Part shown: positions 28,222 to 40,347 of the stretch, one piece after another
Numbering within the stretch: position 1 is the stretch's first letter
Layout: the number at the start of each line of letters is the position of its first letter
Source: Hydrolagus colliei
Taxonomy: Eukaryota
Length of the DNA: 64,000 nucleotides
Direction: 5' to 3'
Assembly (NCBI GenBank): GCA_035084275.1
Contig: CM068761.1
Coordinates: 1,178,001 to 1,242,000, forward strand
Translations under genes and position numbers: made by a program
Notes under the pieces: generated by a model
Databases searched by the model: none
Told to the model about the DNA's origin: nothing
What the model saw: only the letters and a program-made list of their open reading frames with translations

Positions 28222-31200
28222 GTGGGTGGGGTGGGGTGGGGGTGAAGGTCGTGGAGGGAATTATTTGCAGGTACAAAAAGGGGTTCAATTAAAAAAAACA
28301 AAAGATACTCACAAGAGTGCCTTTCACGTCAGGAGGGCATCCCAAGGTGCCCGGACAGTCAAGAGAATTCAAGCACGCTCTGCTGTGAAGCAACCTTTTT
28401 CCAGTGCAGGGTTAAAGAGCGCTGTAATTGGCGAAAAGCTATAGCAGAATTTGAGGCACAGCTGTCCAAAAAGGTTACTTCTTAGACGCAGCACAATTCA
28501 AAGTCATTGCTCCAGGTCGGTTGATCTCTGGGTGGAGTTCTTGTAAGCAGACATTCAACCAGGTCATTCCTGAAGTTCTGTGTCCACAGCAAAAGTTTGG
28601 AACAATTTTGAGGGAAAAAAAATGTCATTGTTGGGGGGGAAAGCTTGTCTTTTTTGTGGACAATTCCCCCCCCCCCCACCCCACCCCCCGGCCCGACAGA
28701 GAATCGACTGTTTGATTGCTATGATTCCCTGATTTTTTGTTTTGTTTCTCCCTCATCCGGTTTTGTCAATTAAAAGTAAATGAAGATTGCGTTTGTGAGG
28801 CGAGGTGCAGCCTCTTGGGAAATAAACATTTTGATTCATACAAGACAGCCCGGTCTGTGGGGCGTTTGAATGTCAGTGTGCAGGGATGTGATTGGAATGC
28901 ACAAGTGAATTTTATAGTCCCATTATCGCTCCTCATTTCTTAAGAAAATTAGCTGTACAGTCCATCAGGTTGTTCATCTCACAGGCTAATGTGATTTTGT
29001 GAGGCTTGCAGGCTGATGTTACTCACATTATTTCACATGGACTGGGGGCGGGAAACTTTCAATCAGGCAGCCATTTGTTGTCTTCTGGGCTGAATACGCC
29101 TTGTAGGCAGATGTTCAATTAAACCGTGGTGGCCACCTATTGATGAATATACCCCAGTGTCGTTCTCTTTATGGGGAAGTACTGATCTTTGCAGCGAGAT
29201 TGGGTAAGGTCACAGCAGAGGCCAATTTGTTCTCCCCATGTAGTGGTGGCCAACCTGAGGCCCGCCGGCCGAAAGTGGCCCACGGGACAGCCAAGAAGTC
29301 GCCCCACTCTCAAACATTCTCACTAGTCTAGGTAACTTCATGTTCGATCGGTGGTCTTGTGCGTTGGGTTTATTTTCTCGATTGAATACTTCTTGGTTTA
29401 TGCTATAAATCATTCGTGAAAATTGGCTCTGTGGACTGTGTTCTCAGCTCTGGATCAATCTTGATTGCTAAACGGGATCATCGTGAGCAGTAGCTGAAGA
29501 GTAGATCCCCTGTCTGTTGGTTTGACTAGGAATAGTGACATGCAGGACAGAGAGGTTTCAGATGCAAGAAAGGAAAGAAATGCAATCAATAATACTAAAG
29601 CTGATTGTTTACTAACACTAGAAATTAAAGTTAATTGGCTATATTATTAGCATACAACTGAGAGATTGGTGTGGTATAGATTTAGTGTTTGAATCACGAG
29701 ATCCTCCCAAGTGAAGGTCTTAAAAACATTTACTGTTTATTTCCAAAGGATGAGAAGTGCAGGGTAGCATGTATGTAACCTTACTATTTTATAAGCAGTT
29801 ACCATAAGGTCGACCTCTAAATAAGAGTTTTCAAACTGTTTAATTTCCATAGTGGAGCGTTTTTGTTGTTTAAAGCTTCTGCAAATCTCTTCAGAGCTGT
29901 TTTTGAGTGAACCCGTGGGTGGCTGATGTAAATAGCATAAACGTAATTTATGTATGGTGTCCAAGCACTTTTTACTAGTATTTTTTTACTGCAATAAACA
30001 TTTGTCATTTTGGAAAGAGGACAAATTACTGTACCTGTATTACAAGGCTTCAAACCAAATGACAACTTCAAAACCTCCAGGTCACTGGCACCACAAAGTA
30101 GTCTTGAAATATCCTTATATGGCTTACTGCACACACAAGGTCAGAGGCTTTGCCTTGTATAGCCTAGAACATTTCCAGTATTCAATCACATGGAACAAGA
30201 CTCTAAGCTCGGCTGTCAGACCCAATCAGTCCTCCTTTTCCTCGCCTGCTTCTCTGACATTCACTATTTTTTTTACCATAACTTTATTTTAACAGTTTTT
30301 GTTAAGAGCGTTATCACTTCCCATAGCTACTTTAATGATGGATTAACGCTACTTTAATCTCCGAGTCGTGTCATCTGTGATCTCTGTCAGTCTTTGATTT
30401 GAGGGCTAATTGCAGATGTCTGTGTTTTTTGAGCTCTGGGTGTTAGGATGGAGATTTACAAACGCACATCCATATGGGATAAACCAGACTGTGATCGATT
30501 GAGAAGACCTCCCAGGCAATCTATATAGGAAGGGAAAGCTGAAGGACAATAGAATCTACCCTGTGTACTCTATTGTGAGCAGACCTGTCTACCCTCATGT
30601 AGACTAGAAGAAAGAAGGTAGCTTCTAGGTTTTGTGATAGTTTTTTAAAAATTGTAATATACATTATTCACTTAATTATTGCTGTGTCTAACAGTAAATG
30701 CAATGAACCTTAAAACGCTCCCAATTCCCTCATCTTTACACCACTGGCTTTGACCCATCGGTCGGATCCTGACAGAAATTGCGGTCAAATATTCCAAGCA
30801 TGACCGACCAGGAGGCAGAACTCCCCACATCACAACCTGAATAGAAATAAGCCATTCAAACGGATCATAGATTCCTCAACACCCTGCTGGGCACAGTGTA
30901 GGGTTGTGGGGGGGAGGAGAGAGAGTAAATCAACTGCTAAATCGAACAGTTTTGTGAGCTTTAACAGGCCATAGTGAAATCAAGAGATGGCTCCTTGGGT
31001 ATAAACATAAAATGGGGGCGGCTTAGATGCTGAAATTTCACTGATCATTGAAACCGCACTTCTGATGTCTGAGGTTTATCGTTGAAACGATGGATTTAGT
31101 AAAACCATGAAAGTTTGTCTGAAGAGTGCAATTATGTTAATCAGGCTCCGAGCACTGCAGCTATCTGGCAACAGCTGATAAACAGCACAATCAGTAAAGT

Positions 31201-31515
31201 TTCACACGTGATAAAAAAAATAATTCTATGAGTGCTGACAAAATTCATCAAAATGCTAATTTATCCCAAAAGACGGGGCCTAATTCTAATTCTTTTTGTG
31301 TTAAGCTTACCCCGCAAACTTAAAGGGATGATTTTTATCCGGAATGTAAACTTGTTTAAAGTTTTGCTGCCGATTTTTTTTGAGAGAAGATCCTTGCATT
31401 TGTCTAGCGGCTCGCCAAATGTGTTTGAACTTGGCGAGAGGCATCTCTGCCTGCAAAGCAGAAAAGGCATGCATATCATCTGTTTGTTTAACACGTGTTA
31501 AATACTATGAACTTG

Positions 31516-31706
31516 AATTTCTGGATTCAAGTTGTAGTTTGAAGTAAATTCTAAAACCTTCCTATTACACCATCAATATCTCTATGAACAACCACAGGTT
31601 GTTCCTATTACACCATCAATATCTCTATGAACAACCTGTGGTTGTTCATAATAGGAATAGGAAGGTTTTAGAATTTACTTCAAACTACAACTTGAATCCA
31701 GAAATT
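31516..31706. repeat. Perfect 51-bp inverted repeat enclosing a 35-bp direct repeat and two small hairpins
   Basis: Arms 31516..31566 and 31656..31706 are exact reverse complements. ttcctattacaccatcaatatctctatgaacaacc occurs at 31559..31593 and 31602..31636. Confidence 0.95.
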
Positions 31707-32969
31707 AACTAAGATGAAATACCACCAAAATACTATGTCAAGATATCCATAGATCAAGCCCTTCTACACTTGATACAAATAGATTTGATAGAGCGACAGT
31801 CCATTGAATTATTCCACAGCTGCATCCAAATCTCCTCCTTCCCATCCCATCTTATTCCCACATGGTGTGGTATGTAATTACATGGTTGCAACATGCATTG
31901 GAATCCTGGTTGAAAAAGGTGTGGTTTTACAGTGTGCCTCAGCGAGAGCTGCTAAATCTCAGTCAGAAGTGGGTTAACCCAGGCCTTTGAGGTCGATTTT
32001 TTTTAACAAAAAAACCCCCCGACTGGTACCCAGTTCATAATTGCTCGCTCACTCGGCTTAAACTTGGAGGGTTAGGAGCTTGGACCCAGGTTCAAAACTG
32101 TAATGCAGTTGAATTGAAATGCCGTTCTCCAGTAATGACAGACTACACAGAGCAACCGGGATTGTCATCTTGCTCTAATTGCTGCATAGCTTGGCTGAGT
32201 TTTTATGTTGGGAGTGTGGAACCCAGTGTGGTGACCCCAGCCGTCTCGGAGTGACGGGGTACAGATGGCTTGCATTTACTTCATGTCTTTATAATTACCT
32301 GGGATTGTGAGACCCAAACTACCTCTTTTCCTTTCCGCACTTACCCCCCCACCCCGCCTCCCCAACCAGCATTTCATCCCGATCCTCTACTTAAACTGGT
32401 AACAGTTGGTGAAGTTTTGACCACTCCATCAATTACCAGTGGGTACCTCCCAAACCAATACACCCTAGGCTCTCTTGTGTGAGGTCTAGTTCAGGTCATT
32501 ACCACCCATGGTCTTGTGCCAGGCTGCCCATCAAACCCAGTTACCAGACACGTTGCCTGTTTTGGTTTTGCAGGTTTATAAAATCATTCAATCCTCCAGC
32601 ACATGAGGAGGCCATTCTGGTAAATCTTCTTTTGTCGAGTTAAATCCCTTTAATCAGTGTTTTATTTGGGTTTTTAACGTAGAAAACCAGAAGGTCCCGT
32701 TAATTAAAAATCTGCTTGACAAACGGGGTAATCTTCTTGGCACACGCTGTACAATGGAGCGCTTTTTAAAACAGACTACTCTATTGTGACCTTTGTGCAT
32801 TCTTGTGAATCTCATAGAAATGTGACAGCTGTTTGGCCTGGAGCCTGGCTGCTTGGGAGCCAAAGTGAAGCCAACTTACTGCCTCGATTTGCTTTGCTGC
32901 AAGCGAGCAGTTTGTTTCCTGACTTTTGGGAGCGAGTAGACATTTGCATTCATAAATTACACAGGAGGC

Positions 32970-33215
32970 CCCATATTTATATAGTGCCTTCAAGCTGAGT
33001 GGCGTCCCGGTGCGCTTCTTGGTGGCAGAGTCTTGACACCGAGCCAGGGGGAGAGGGAAGTGGGGAGAAGACCGTGAGGATGATCAAAAAGGAAGGTCTT
33101 TAGGCAGGATTTGAAAGTGTCAAGGCGTGGGAGGGGGGGGGGAAGGCGGAGGATTGAGAGAAAGAGAGACAGAGTTCCAGAATTTCTGGGCATAGAGGCT
33201 GAAGGTTCAGACACC
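32970..33215 (-). mobile_element. L2-type LINE 3' end
   Basis: Minus strand reads ccttcagcctctatgcccagaaattctggaactc...ttcaaatcctgcctaaagaccttcctttttg (FKSCLKTFLF) and ends gaaggcactatataaatatg. Confidence 0.7.
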
Positions 33216-33549
33216 AATGCTATAATTTGAAAAGGAAATGATTTTTTTTGTTGAGGAAATGGCATTGCTCTTGTTATTTCAGGAATGTTTTGAGTTTATT
33301 GTTGTTGGGATCTCCCACTCACTCTGGTTTTGGTTGCCCAAGCTCGGTGACCTGTTCCCAGACCTCGATCTGTGTTACACTGTTCCATCTGGCACCAGCG
33401 ACTGGTCAGGTGGGAAATCAAGGCAGCTGTTCTCCTCACCAGACATTGCTGGAGTTAAATATTTTAATAATAGCTCATGGTCCCAATGAGCCTAACCCCA
33501 GTGCCTTCGGAGTCCATCAATACTAAAATAATAACAAGGAAACAAATAC

Positions 33550-33692
33550 TGATTTGGTCACTCAGTCAACGACTGTTTGTAGGACACTGCCTTGTGCAAT
33601 TGGCTGCCGGGTTTTGCCCACGGCGCTTTGAGACGTCTTGACAAGATGTGATGAGGCGCTATATCAAACGCAAGGATTGCTATTATTATTAC
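33550..33692 (+). mobile_element. SINE 3' part with internal deletion
   Basis: gactgtttgtaggacactgccttgtgcaattggctgccgg...gcgctttgagacgtc...gcgctatatcaaacgcaaggatt. Confidence 0.8.
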
Positions 33693-34808
33693 TGTTATCA
33701 ATAGCATTGCAAACGGTAGTTTTGCCAGATAATCATTGAGATGTCTTGTCATGGTTTGGCTTTTGGTGGGAGGGGGAAGCTTACTACTGTAGGCTGTTGA
33801 ATCTAAAAGGAAGTGAAATGGCATTCCTTTGTCAGAAATTGTGCTGTGAGGAATACTGACGGGTTCGATTTATATTTGCCATTATTGACATCAACAGAGT
33901 TTCCGTGGAATAATTCATTAGTAACAAACCAATTTGTCAGTAGGTACAGTTTGGTTGTCTCTTTCTGAATGTTCAGATGTCTGTTAGCGCAGCTCAGAGT
34001 GACGGGTCATTAAAAGAGGAAAATAAGTTAGTGTTTCCTGTCGAATCAACATTTTTTCACCATCCTTCCAGCTGCTCGAAGTGATCATGTGAGAAGCTGT
34101 TGTGTGAGATTTTATTTTTCCTTGATTGTGGCATGTTCCTGTACCCAGCCTCCAGCAGTGAAGTCAGCCAGCAGCCTGGGCCAGGCTTTTTGTGTGCAAT
34201 TTAAAGTAAGATTAACTTTATCTGGTTTGGATTCGACCGGGTTACAAAGCCGTGAAGCATCAAAAGAAAATAATGTCTTCACTTCACCACATCCGTGGCC
34301 TTCCACTTCGTCCGTGCCTTTGTCCTTGCTCCTACCCCTGCTCTCCACCCTTTCTGATCTCCCACCCCAACCTCTGGTCCTAATCCCAATGTGAAAGGTT
34401 TTGTGTAAATGAATTTGTTGTTGTTCCGTGCAACTATACATATGAATTATCCTAACACAGCAGACTTCCTTCCTAGTTTAGGGATCTTCTAAAATTCCAA
34501 AATTGAAATGTGTGCATATCACAGAAAGTCTTGATCTCGTGAACTATTTGAGAAATCCAAATGAAAGGAGGTGGACTTTTAATGAATGAGTTTGGTGGTT
34601 TGCTCATACAATTTAAAATATATATTTAACCGTGGGAGAGCGGGGCGGAGGGTGTGCGGGGTGAGATTGATTTGGACAAGCTCTTTTCAAAGAGCCAGCA
34701 CAGACACGATGGGCCAAATGACCTTCTATGCTCCAAAATTCTGCGATTCTATGATGATGCTTGTGTTCTTTATCATTTTAATGTGTTGGTCTATCCCTGT
34801 GTTGGCAG

Positions 34809-34926
34809 GAATGTGAGTTCAGACGGAAGCGAGGCTCGGAGAAGACTCCGGGAGTGTGAGGGACTGGTGGACGCTCTCCTCCATGCATTGCAGTCAGCGG
34901 TGGGCAAGAAAGACATGGACAGAAAG
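34809..34926 (+). CDS. ARVCF: ARVCF coding exon, ARM repeats
   Basis: ttggcag|G ... AAG|gtagtc. Encodes NVSSDGSEARRRLRECEGLVDALLHALQSAVGKKDMDRK. Confidence 0.95.
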
Positions 34927-35327
34927 GTAGTCAATCTCTCCTGGTGCTTGTTCGAGTCTAATCTCTCTCAGCTACGTTTCTAAGTTGCATGAGTTACCAA
35001 CCTCAGCGGTAAAGCTCGTTTCACATTCTCAGCACAGGAAATATTTAAAGTAAATTGAATTCAAATAACCATGACAAGTGGTACTTGTCTTTTTCAGAAT
35101 TAAATTCCACATTTAGCTTTTGCCTAAATGATATTTTAGACAGATTGCTTGGTGCTGCGACTTGTATCTTGTTATCTTGCAGTGTCTTTAACCTCTTGGC
35201 CACTGACCACCTTGCCTGCCTTTTCGGTCGAGTAGAAATTACTTCCTTTCAATTTTCTGCAGGTTACAAATTTGCAGAAAGTTAGCAAAGTTAAAAAAAA
35301 TTTGATTTTACTTTACTCATCTTTATT

Positions 35328-35440
35328 TCGCCCACAAATATACAGTCAATTCACTTTACAGTACATTCTGTGAAGCGCTTTGAGACATCTAGAAGACGTG
35401 AAAAGCGCAATATCAAATGAAGGATTATTATTAAAATGCA
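35328..35440 (+). mobile_element. SINE 3' tail fragment
   Basis: tcgcccacaaatatacagtcaattcactttacagtacattctgtgaagcgctttgagacatctagaagacgtg. Confidence 0.85.
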
Positions 35441-36299
35441 AATTTCCCCAACTCAGTGTGAATTTGGCTACACAGTGTATAGTTTCTCTGATATTTCCTT
35501 CTGGTTTCAGGAGTCATGATGGCGTGTTAAGGAATTAAATGGCGGAGGTTCTGATGAAAAATAATTTGATATGAGAGAGAGAGAGAAAGAAGAGCAAGAC
35601 TGAGATTGCAGGAAGTGTCCGAGGCTTGTGAAAGATTGAGCGCAAGTTATTGCGAGCATCTGGGAAATGGGAGAGAATCAACTTAGAGAATCATGAGAGC
35701 AGGGAGTGAAGCATCGCCGGTGAAATGAAAGCAACAGGATAGTTGAATTTAAAAGACAGGAAAGAGTCCAGTGGGAGAAAAGATGAGAGGCAATAAAAGA
35801 ACTATGGTCAGGGTTATTGCAGAGACAAAATTAAAGCCGGCAATTGAAGCTGAAGCGAGCTGAAGTAGATCGACGTATCAGATGAAGTGGCTTTCACATG
35901 ACATTTAATGCACAAATCTTCAAACAATCGGCCAGTTATTAAATCCCGCTTTGATGGCGCAGTTTCTCTTTTTCAATGTTTGCATTATATATAATGTAAC
36001 TTTATATGTTTTATGTTTTTGTCAAAACCCGATGGTTTCCGCCGTCAGCTGAGTGGACAGTGTGTAGCTGTGTGGGTTGCTGTGAGTCATAATTCATCAG
36101 GTCTGGTGAAAACAGGCCAATCTTGCCATGCCGTTGCCATTATTGAAGAGAGACATTACCTCGTTGAAGACACTCCATGCTAAATATTTGCTATTGGAAA
36201 GAGAATGCCTCACTACACAAGTAGTCTCTCTCTTTTTGTTTATTCCCCCCCGTGCTTTCCCCACTCCCTCTAAGCCCCCTCACTTTCATTGTATTTTAT

Positions 36300-36595
36300 G
36301 GAGTCCTGCAGTGTAGTGGTTAGAGCACTCGTCTCGAAAGCGAAAGGAGACCTGAGTTCGATTCTGGGCGCGGCAAAACCTTAGGCAAACTTCCTTACTC
36401 CACATATCTCTGTTTATCGAGTGGGAAGCAGGAACCTGGTTGTTAGTCAATTGGCTTATCGCTTTCTGGAGGTTATTAAACTCCTCGGTTTTTAATTATT
36501 TTAAAAATAAATAATTGATTGTTTGTGGGGACGCTGCTGTGCGCATTTAGTCAATGTGTTTAACCCACAAAATATATAGTCAATTCACTTTACAG
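36300..36595 (+). mobile_element. tRNA-derived SINE, long variant, lacking its own tail
   Basis: ggagtcctgcagtgtagtggttagagcactcg...gttcgattc...gggacgctgctgtgcgc...tagtcaattcactttacag. Confidence 0.85.
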
Positions 36596-36770
36596 CAGAC
36601 TCTGGCCTGCTCCACGTTCCCCGCCCTCCGCACTACACCATCAACGGTTTGGCCTTCAGCCGCTGTCCCCACCCTTTGGAATTTCATCCCACATTGCCTC
36701 CCTTGCCTTCTTCAATTCCCGTCTCAAGACCGTCCTCTTTGGGCCCTACCCTTCCTGCCCTCTGTATGAT
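36596..36770 (+). mobile_element. L2-type LINE fragment (end of ORF2 / 3' region)
   Basis: ggccttcagccgctgtccccaccctttggaatttcatccc...ctcaagaccgtcctcttt is similar to the L2-like segments at 32970 and 49900. Confidence 0.55.
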
Positions 36771-37977
36771 TGCCTCTGAAGGCTATACTTTTCACCTCTG
36801 GAGCTGTTTCCAAGCCACCAGTAACCTAAACTTTTTCTTTTGGTTTGCATTTATTCCGTTTTCCACAGGAATGAACACAACTGCGCAAAATCAGTTAGCT
36901 GTGCCGTCTGTGTCTTTAGTTCCATGAAAAATCCAACCACCGTCATGCTAAACAATCTAGTGATCAACACAAACTAGTTTGGACGCTGTAGACTTTCCCT
37001 CGGTCTGAGCCTGTACCAGGTACAGTGTGTGGCATGATGTACACTTGTGACGCGCCCAGCGATGCACGTCGCAGCTCGCCGCTGACTGCGCTGAATTGGG
37101 TTGACAGTCCAGGGTTGACGAGGACACTGGTCCGACGGAACCACAGAATACAGCAATTGGCTGTTTGGAGTTTCAGGTTCCCGCCAGGAAAGTCTACACG
37201 CTGAGCTCCGCAGCTGTTCAGCAGCTGTGCCTTTGAAGAACCCTCCGAGCTGCCAAACAGCCCGGCCATAGTCGCTGGTTGCTGTCTGTGTTCCTGGTCT
37301 TGTTAATCTCCACGGCACTTAGTTGCATGTTCGATCAAACGCTGATTTTTATTGGATAAACTTTTACCTTCCCGCGCAGGGACGTCCGGCCGATGAAACG
37401 TTGCCGCGGGATTTGTGGGCCGTGAATCCTGGCTGAACCGTGTTCACCGCGGCTGCCCTCGCTCGCTCGCCCCGCGCACACCAAATCGGACACACTCGCC
37501 TGACTGAGCGTCCGGCGTTCCAATGGGATTCACTGCTTACAAATCATTGTCAAAATAGATCCCACTATTGTCATGGCGACTGGGAGGAGGTGGGCGGGAA
37601 TCCTGGTTCAATCCTGGAATGTAAATGTGTATAAACAAAAACCGCACCCATACATGAAGCTGGTATTTGAAGTAAACATAATACTTGCTTTTCAACCCTT
37701 TCCAATCTCTCTCTCCATCTCCCTCTCCCTCCTCCTCATGGAGACTGAACAGCGTATCAGCTCTCCAGCACCCGGCACCAATTGGCAATCCTTCATTTCT
37801 CAGTCGCTGAAAATAATCAATCTGCGAAGTCATGGGAGGGCAGCAACATTGAGGCATCTGATTGACACTGGTACACTTTCTAGGTTAGGCCACTGGCTCG
37901 TTTAACTGTGGAAACGAACTCTGGCTGGTTTAATAACCTTTTGATCAAGTAAATTGGGATAGGGGGGAGGGTCGGTA

Positions 37978-38160
37978 ACCAGAGGATACAGGTTTAAGAT
38001 AATTGGCAAAAGAACCAGAGAGAAAACAAGGAGAATTGTTTTTTTACACAGAGTTCTTAACAATCTGAAATGTACGGCCTGAAAGGGTGATGGGAGCAGG
38101 TTTGATAGTAGCTGGCAGCTGGCCGCCGCCTCCTGTGCTTTGTAAGACTTTATGATTCTA
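37978..38160 (+). mobile_element. CR1-type LINE 3' fragment
   Basis: Translates TRGYRFKIIGKRTR, then FFTQ and PERVMGAG across frameshifts, matching the CR1 ORF2 C-terminal pattern TRGHxxK...FFTQRVV..WN.LP..VV.A. Ends tatgattcta. Confidence 0.75.
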
Positions 38161-38711
38161 ACCTCCTTAGTTTGAGCGATGGGAAGGAGGCGTGCAATCC
38201 TGGACCCACCCCCGTTTCCATTTGTACCATGGCTCGCGTCTCAACCTTTCTGATCTCCACTGTGCCAAGCAGTCAACTCATAACCAGCACCACCATCTGT
38301 AAATATCTGTTCAGTCAGTTCTTGTGTGTTCTGCTTCTTTGCTTTATGACATTTTGGCTTAATCCACTTTGCAAACGCCTTCCACCATCTCCCTCACTCT
38401 GCGCGCACTCTCAAATGTATTTAAATCTTTATTTTTCCGTCTAAACTCAATTAAATCTTTATTTCATTCAAATAAATCTCCAGCCGTAGGGGTTATATTC
38501 CGCGTAATTTAACAGCCGCAGCTCCATGCACAAAAAACATTACATCTGTGGGCCGCCTTTCACTTTGGGAGGACGTCCCAAAGGATGGACGGGAACAAAC
38601 GGGAATATTTCAGCTGACTGCACCCGAGACTGTTTGCAGCTGCATGTGTTATGATGAATCCATGTCTCCTAAAGCAATGTAAGAGGAGGAGTATTGTCAT
38701 TGTCTTGACAG

Positions 38712-38883
38712 TCGGTGGAAAACTGCGTGTGTATCATGCGGAATCTGTCCTACCAAGTGCATCGAGAAGTGCCAGGAGCCGAAAAATTCCGAGAGCCACA
38801 AAATGACCACCAGGTCGGAGTGGGGGGCGTGCAGAAGAAGAAGAAAGATGATTCAGGTTGTTTTGGTGGGAAGAAGGCGAAAG
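38712..38883 (+). CDS. ARVCF: ARVCF coding exon, ARM repeat and basic insert loop (NLS-like KKKK / GGKKAK)
   Basis: ttgacag|TCG ... AAAG|gtgagt. Encodes SVENCVCIMRNLSYQVHREVPGA...QKKKKDDSGCFGGKKAK. Confidence 0.95.
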
Positions 38884-39174
38884 GTGAGTGTCTTTACAGT
38901 CTGTGGAATCTCAGTCCCAGTCCAGAGTACGTGTGGTGCAGCGAGACCGTCGGAAGTGATTGGATTGTTGGCAATATGTATGTGATGAGATAATGTCGAT
39001 GACGCTGATTTAACTGAGAGCAGAGAAGTTGTGTAGTGTTGTTCCTTCCTTGGACGCTAATCCTTTCTGGACATCTTAAACTTTTAACTCAAGTATTTGA
39101 ACCTGAAATCCACTTGCAATTTGATTGGGGGTGGGGGGGTGTTGAGTGGGAAAAAGAGACTAGAATTCTATTTG

Positions 39175-39512
39175 TGGAGTCCTGTGGAGTGCATCGCAAG
39201 TGAGAGGACCTGAGCGGGGCAGAATCTCAGACAAGTTTCCAAACTGAACACGCCTCGCTTTCTGCAGCAATATCCCAGTTGTGAGTCGATTGGCGAGTAG
39301 CTTCTCTGGGGGTAATAATACCTTCCCAAATAATGAATATACTAATATTAATATACTCAATCCATGACTTTGTGGGACGCTGCTGTGCGCAAATGTCTAC
39401 TTCGTTTCACCCACAACATACAGTCAATTCACGTTACGGTGTATTCTGTGAAGCTTTTTGAGACGCTTCAAAGGCCTGATAAGACGCTGTATCAAATGCA
39501 AGGATTATTAAT
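39175..39512 (+). mobile_element. tRNA-derived SINE, long variant (left member of the inverted pair)
   Basis: ggagtcctgtgg...gtgggacgctgctgtgcgc...gctgtatcaaatgcaaggattatt. Confidence 0.85.
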
Positions 39513-39842
39513 GATAATAATAACAAGCCTTGAATTTAATATAGCGCCTTATCGTGTCTGGCAGACGTCCTAAAGCGCCTCACAGAATATACTGCAAAGT
39601 GAATTGACTGTATATGTATTTGTGGGCGAAACACGGCAGCCAATTGCGCACGGCAGCGTCCCCCACACAAACAGTCGTGGATTGAAATGACCAATTTTAT
39701 CATGGTGTGTTTTTTTTGAGGGATTATTATTAGGCGCGTGTGTGTGTGTGTGTGTGCGTGTGTGTGTGTGTGGAGAAAGGAAACTTGCCCAAGGTTTCGC
39801 CCTGACCTGCCTGGATTCGAACACAGGTCTCTCTCTCTCACA
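39513..39842 (-). mobile_element. tRNA-derived SINE, short variant with internal (CA)n (right member of the inverted pair)
   Basis: Reverse complement of the consensus, from ccttgaatttaatatagcgcc to ggattcgaacacaggtctc; the extreme 5' head is missing. Confidence 0.9.
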
Positions 39843-39943
39843 CTTGTAAGATTATTATAAGATGCTGCTGGTGCCCAGCCTTGTGATGTTTGCTGTCACT
39901 GATCCTTTCTTCTCTGTGCACTTTTCTTGGCTGCTCTTATTAG

Positions 39944-39961
39944 AGGAGTGGTTTAACCAAG
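39944..39961 (+). CDS. ARVCF: ARVCF 18-nt microexon (EEWFNQ), equivalent to p120-catenin exon C
   Basis: Pyrimidine tract then ttattag|AGGAGTGGTTTAACCAAG|gtaagg. Phase 1/1 and frame-preserving. Gives KKAKEEWFNQGKK, matching the ARVCF EEWFHQ insert as I recall it. Confidence 0.9.
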
Positions 39962-40275
39962 GTAAGGCTCCCAACTTTTGTCGTTGATCTTTTCCTGCTG
40001 TTCCTCTCAAGTTTGTCCCTGTGTGATATTGGACCGTTGTTGTAGAAATAATTGAGAGAGAGGTCTCAAAACAGTCTCAAAATATCCCGTCGACTCCTTG
40101 GAGAGCGACGGTCAGCCTTGGCATTCTACTACAGAAGGAAAAGAATTCACATTTGGAGTTTGTTGTGAGGTGCAAACCAATGTGCTTGTTTTGTTTTTTC
40201 CGTGTGAACACATCACAGCTTCCTAAAGCGAAGCAGCTCCTCCGCTGTTCCTTGACGGTTTTCTGTCGTATACAG

Positions 40276-40347
40276 GTAAAAAGAATGCGGACTCCGACAA
40301 GAACTTTGACACCCTGGACTTACCAAAGCGCACAGAGCCGGTCAAAG
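40276..40347 (+). CDS. ARVCF: ARVCF coding exon, ARM insert loop
   Basis: tatacag|GT ... AAAG|gtaaca. Encodes GKKNADSDKNFDTLDLPKRTEPVKG. Confidence 0.93.

Noticed and set aside
31559-31636. 35-bp direct repeats with hairpins resembling a CRISPR repeat
   Set aside because: Only two copies with an 8-nt gap, no unique spacers and no cas genes, inside a vertebrate intron.
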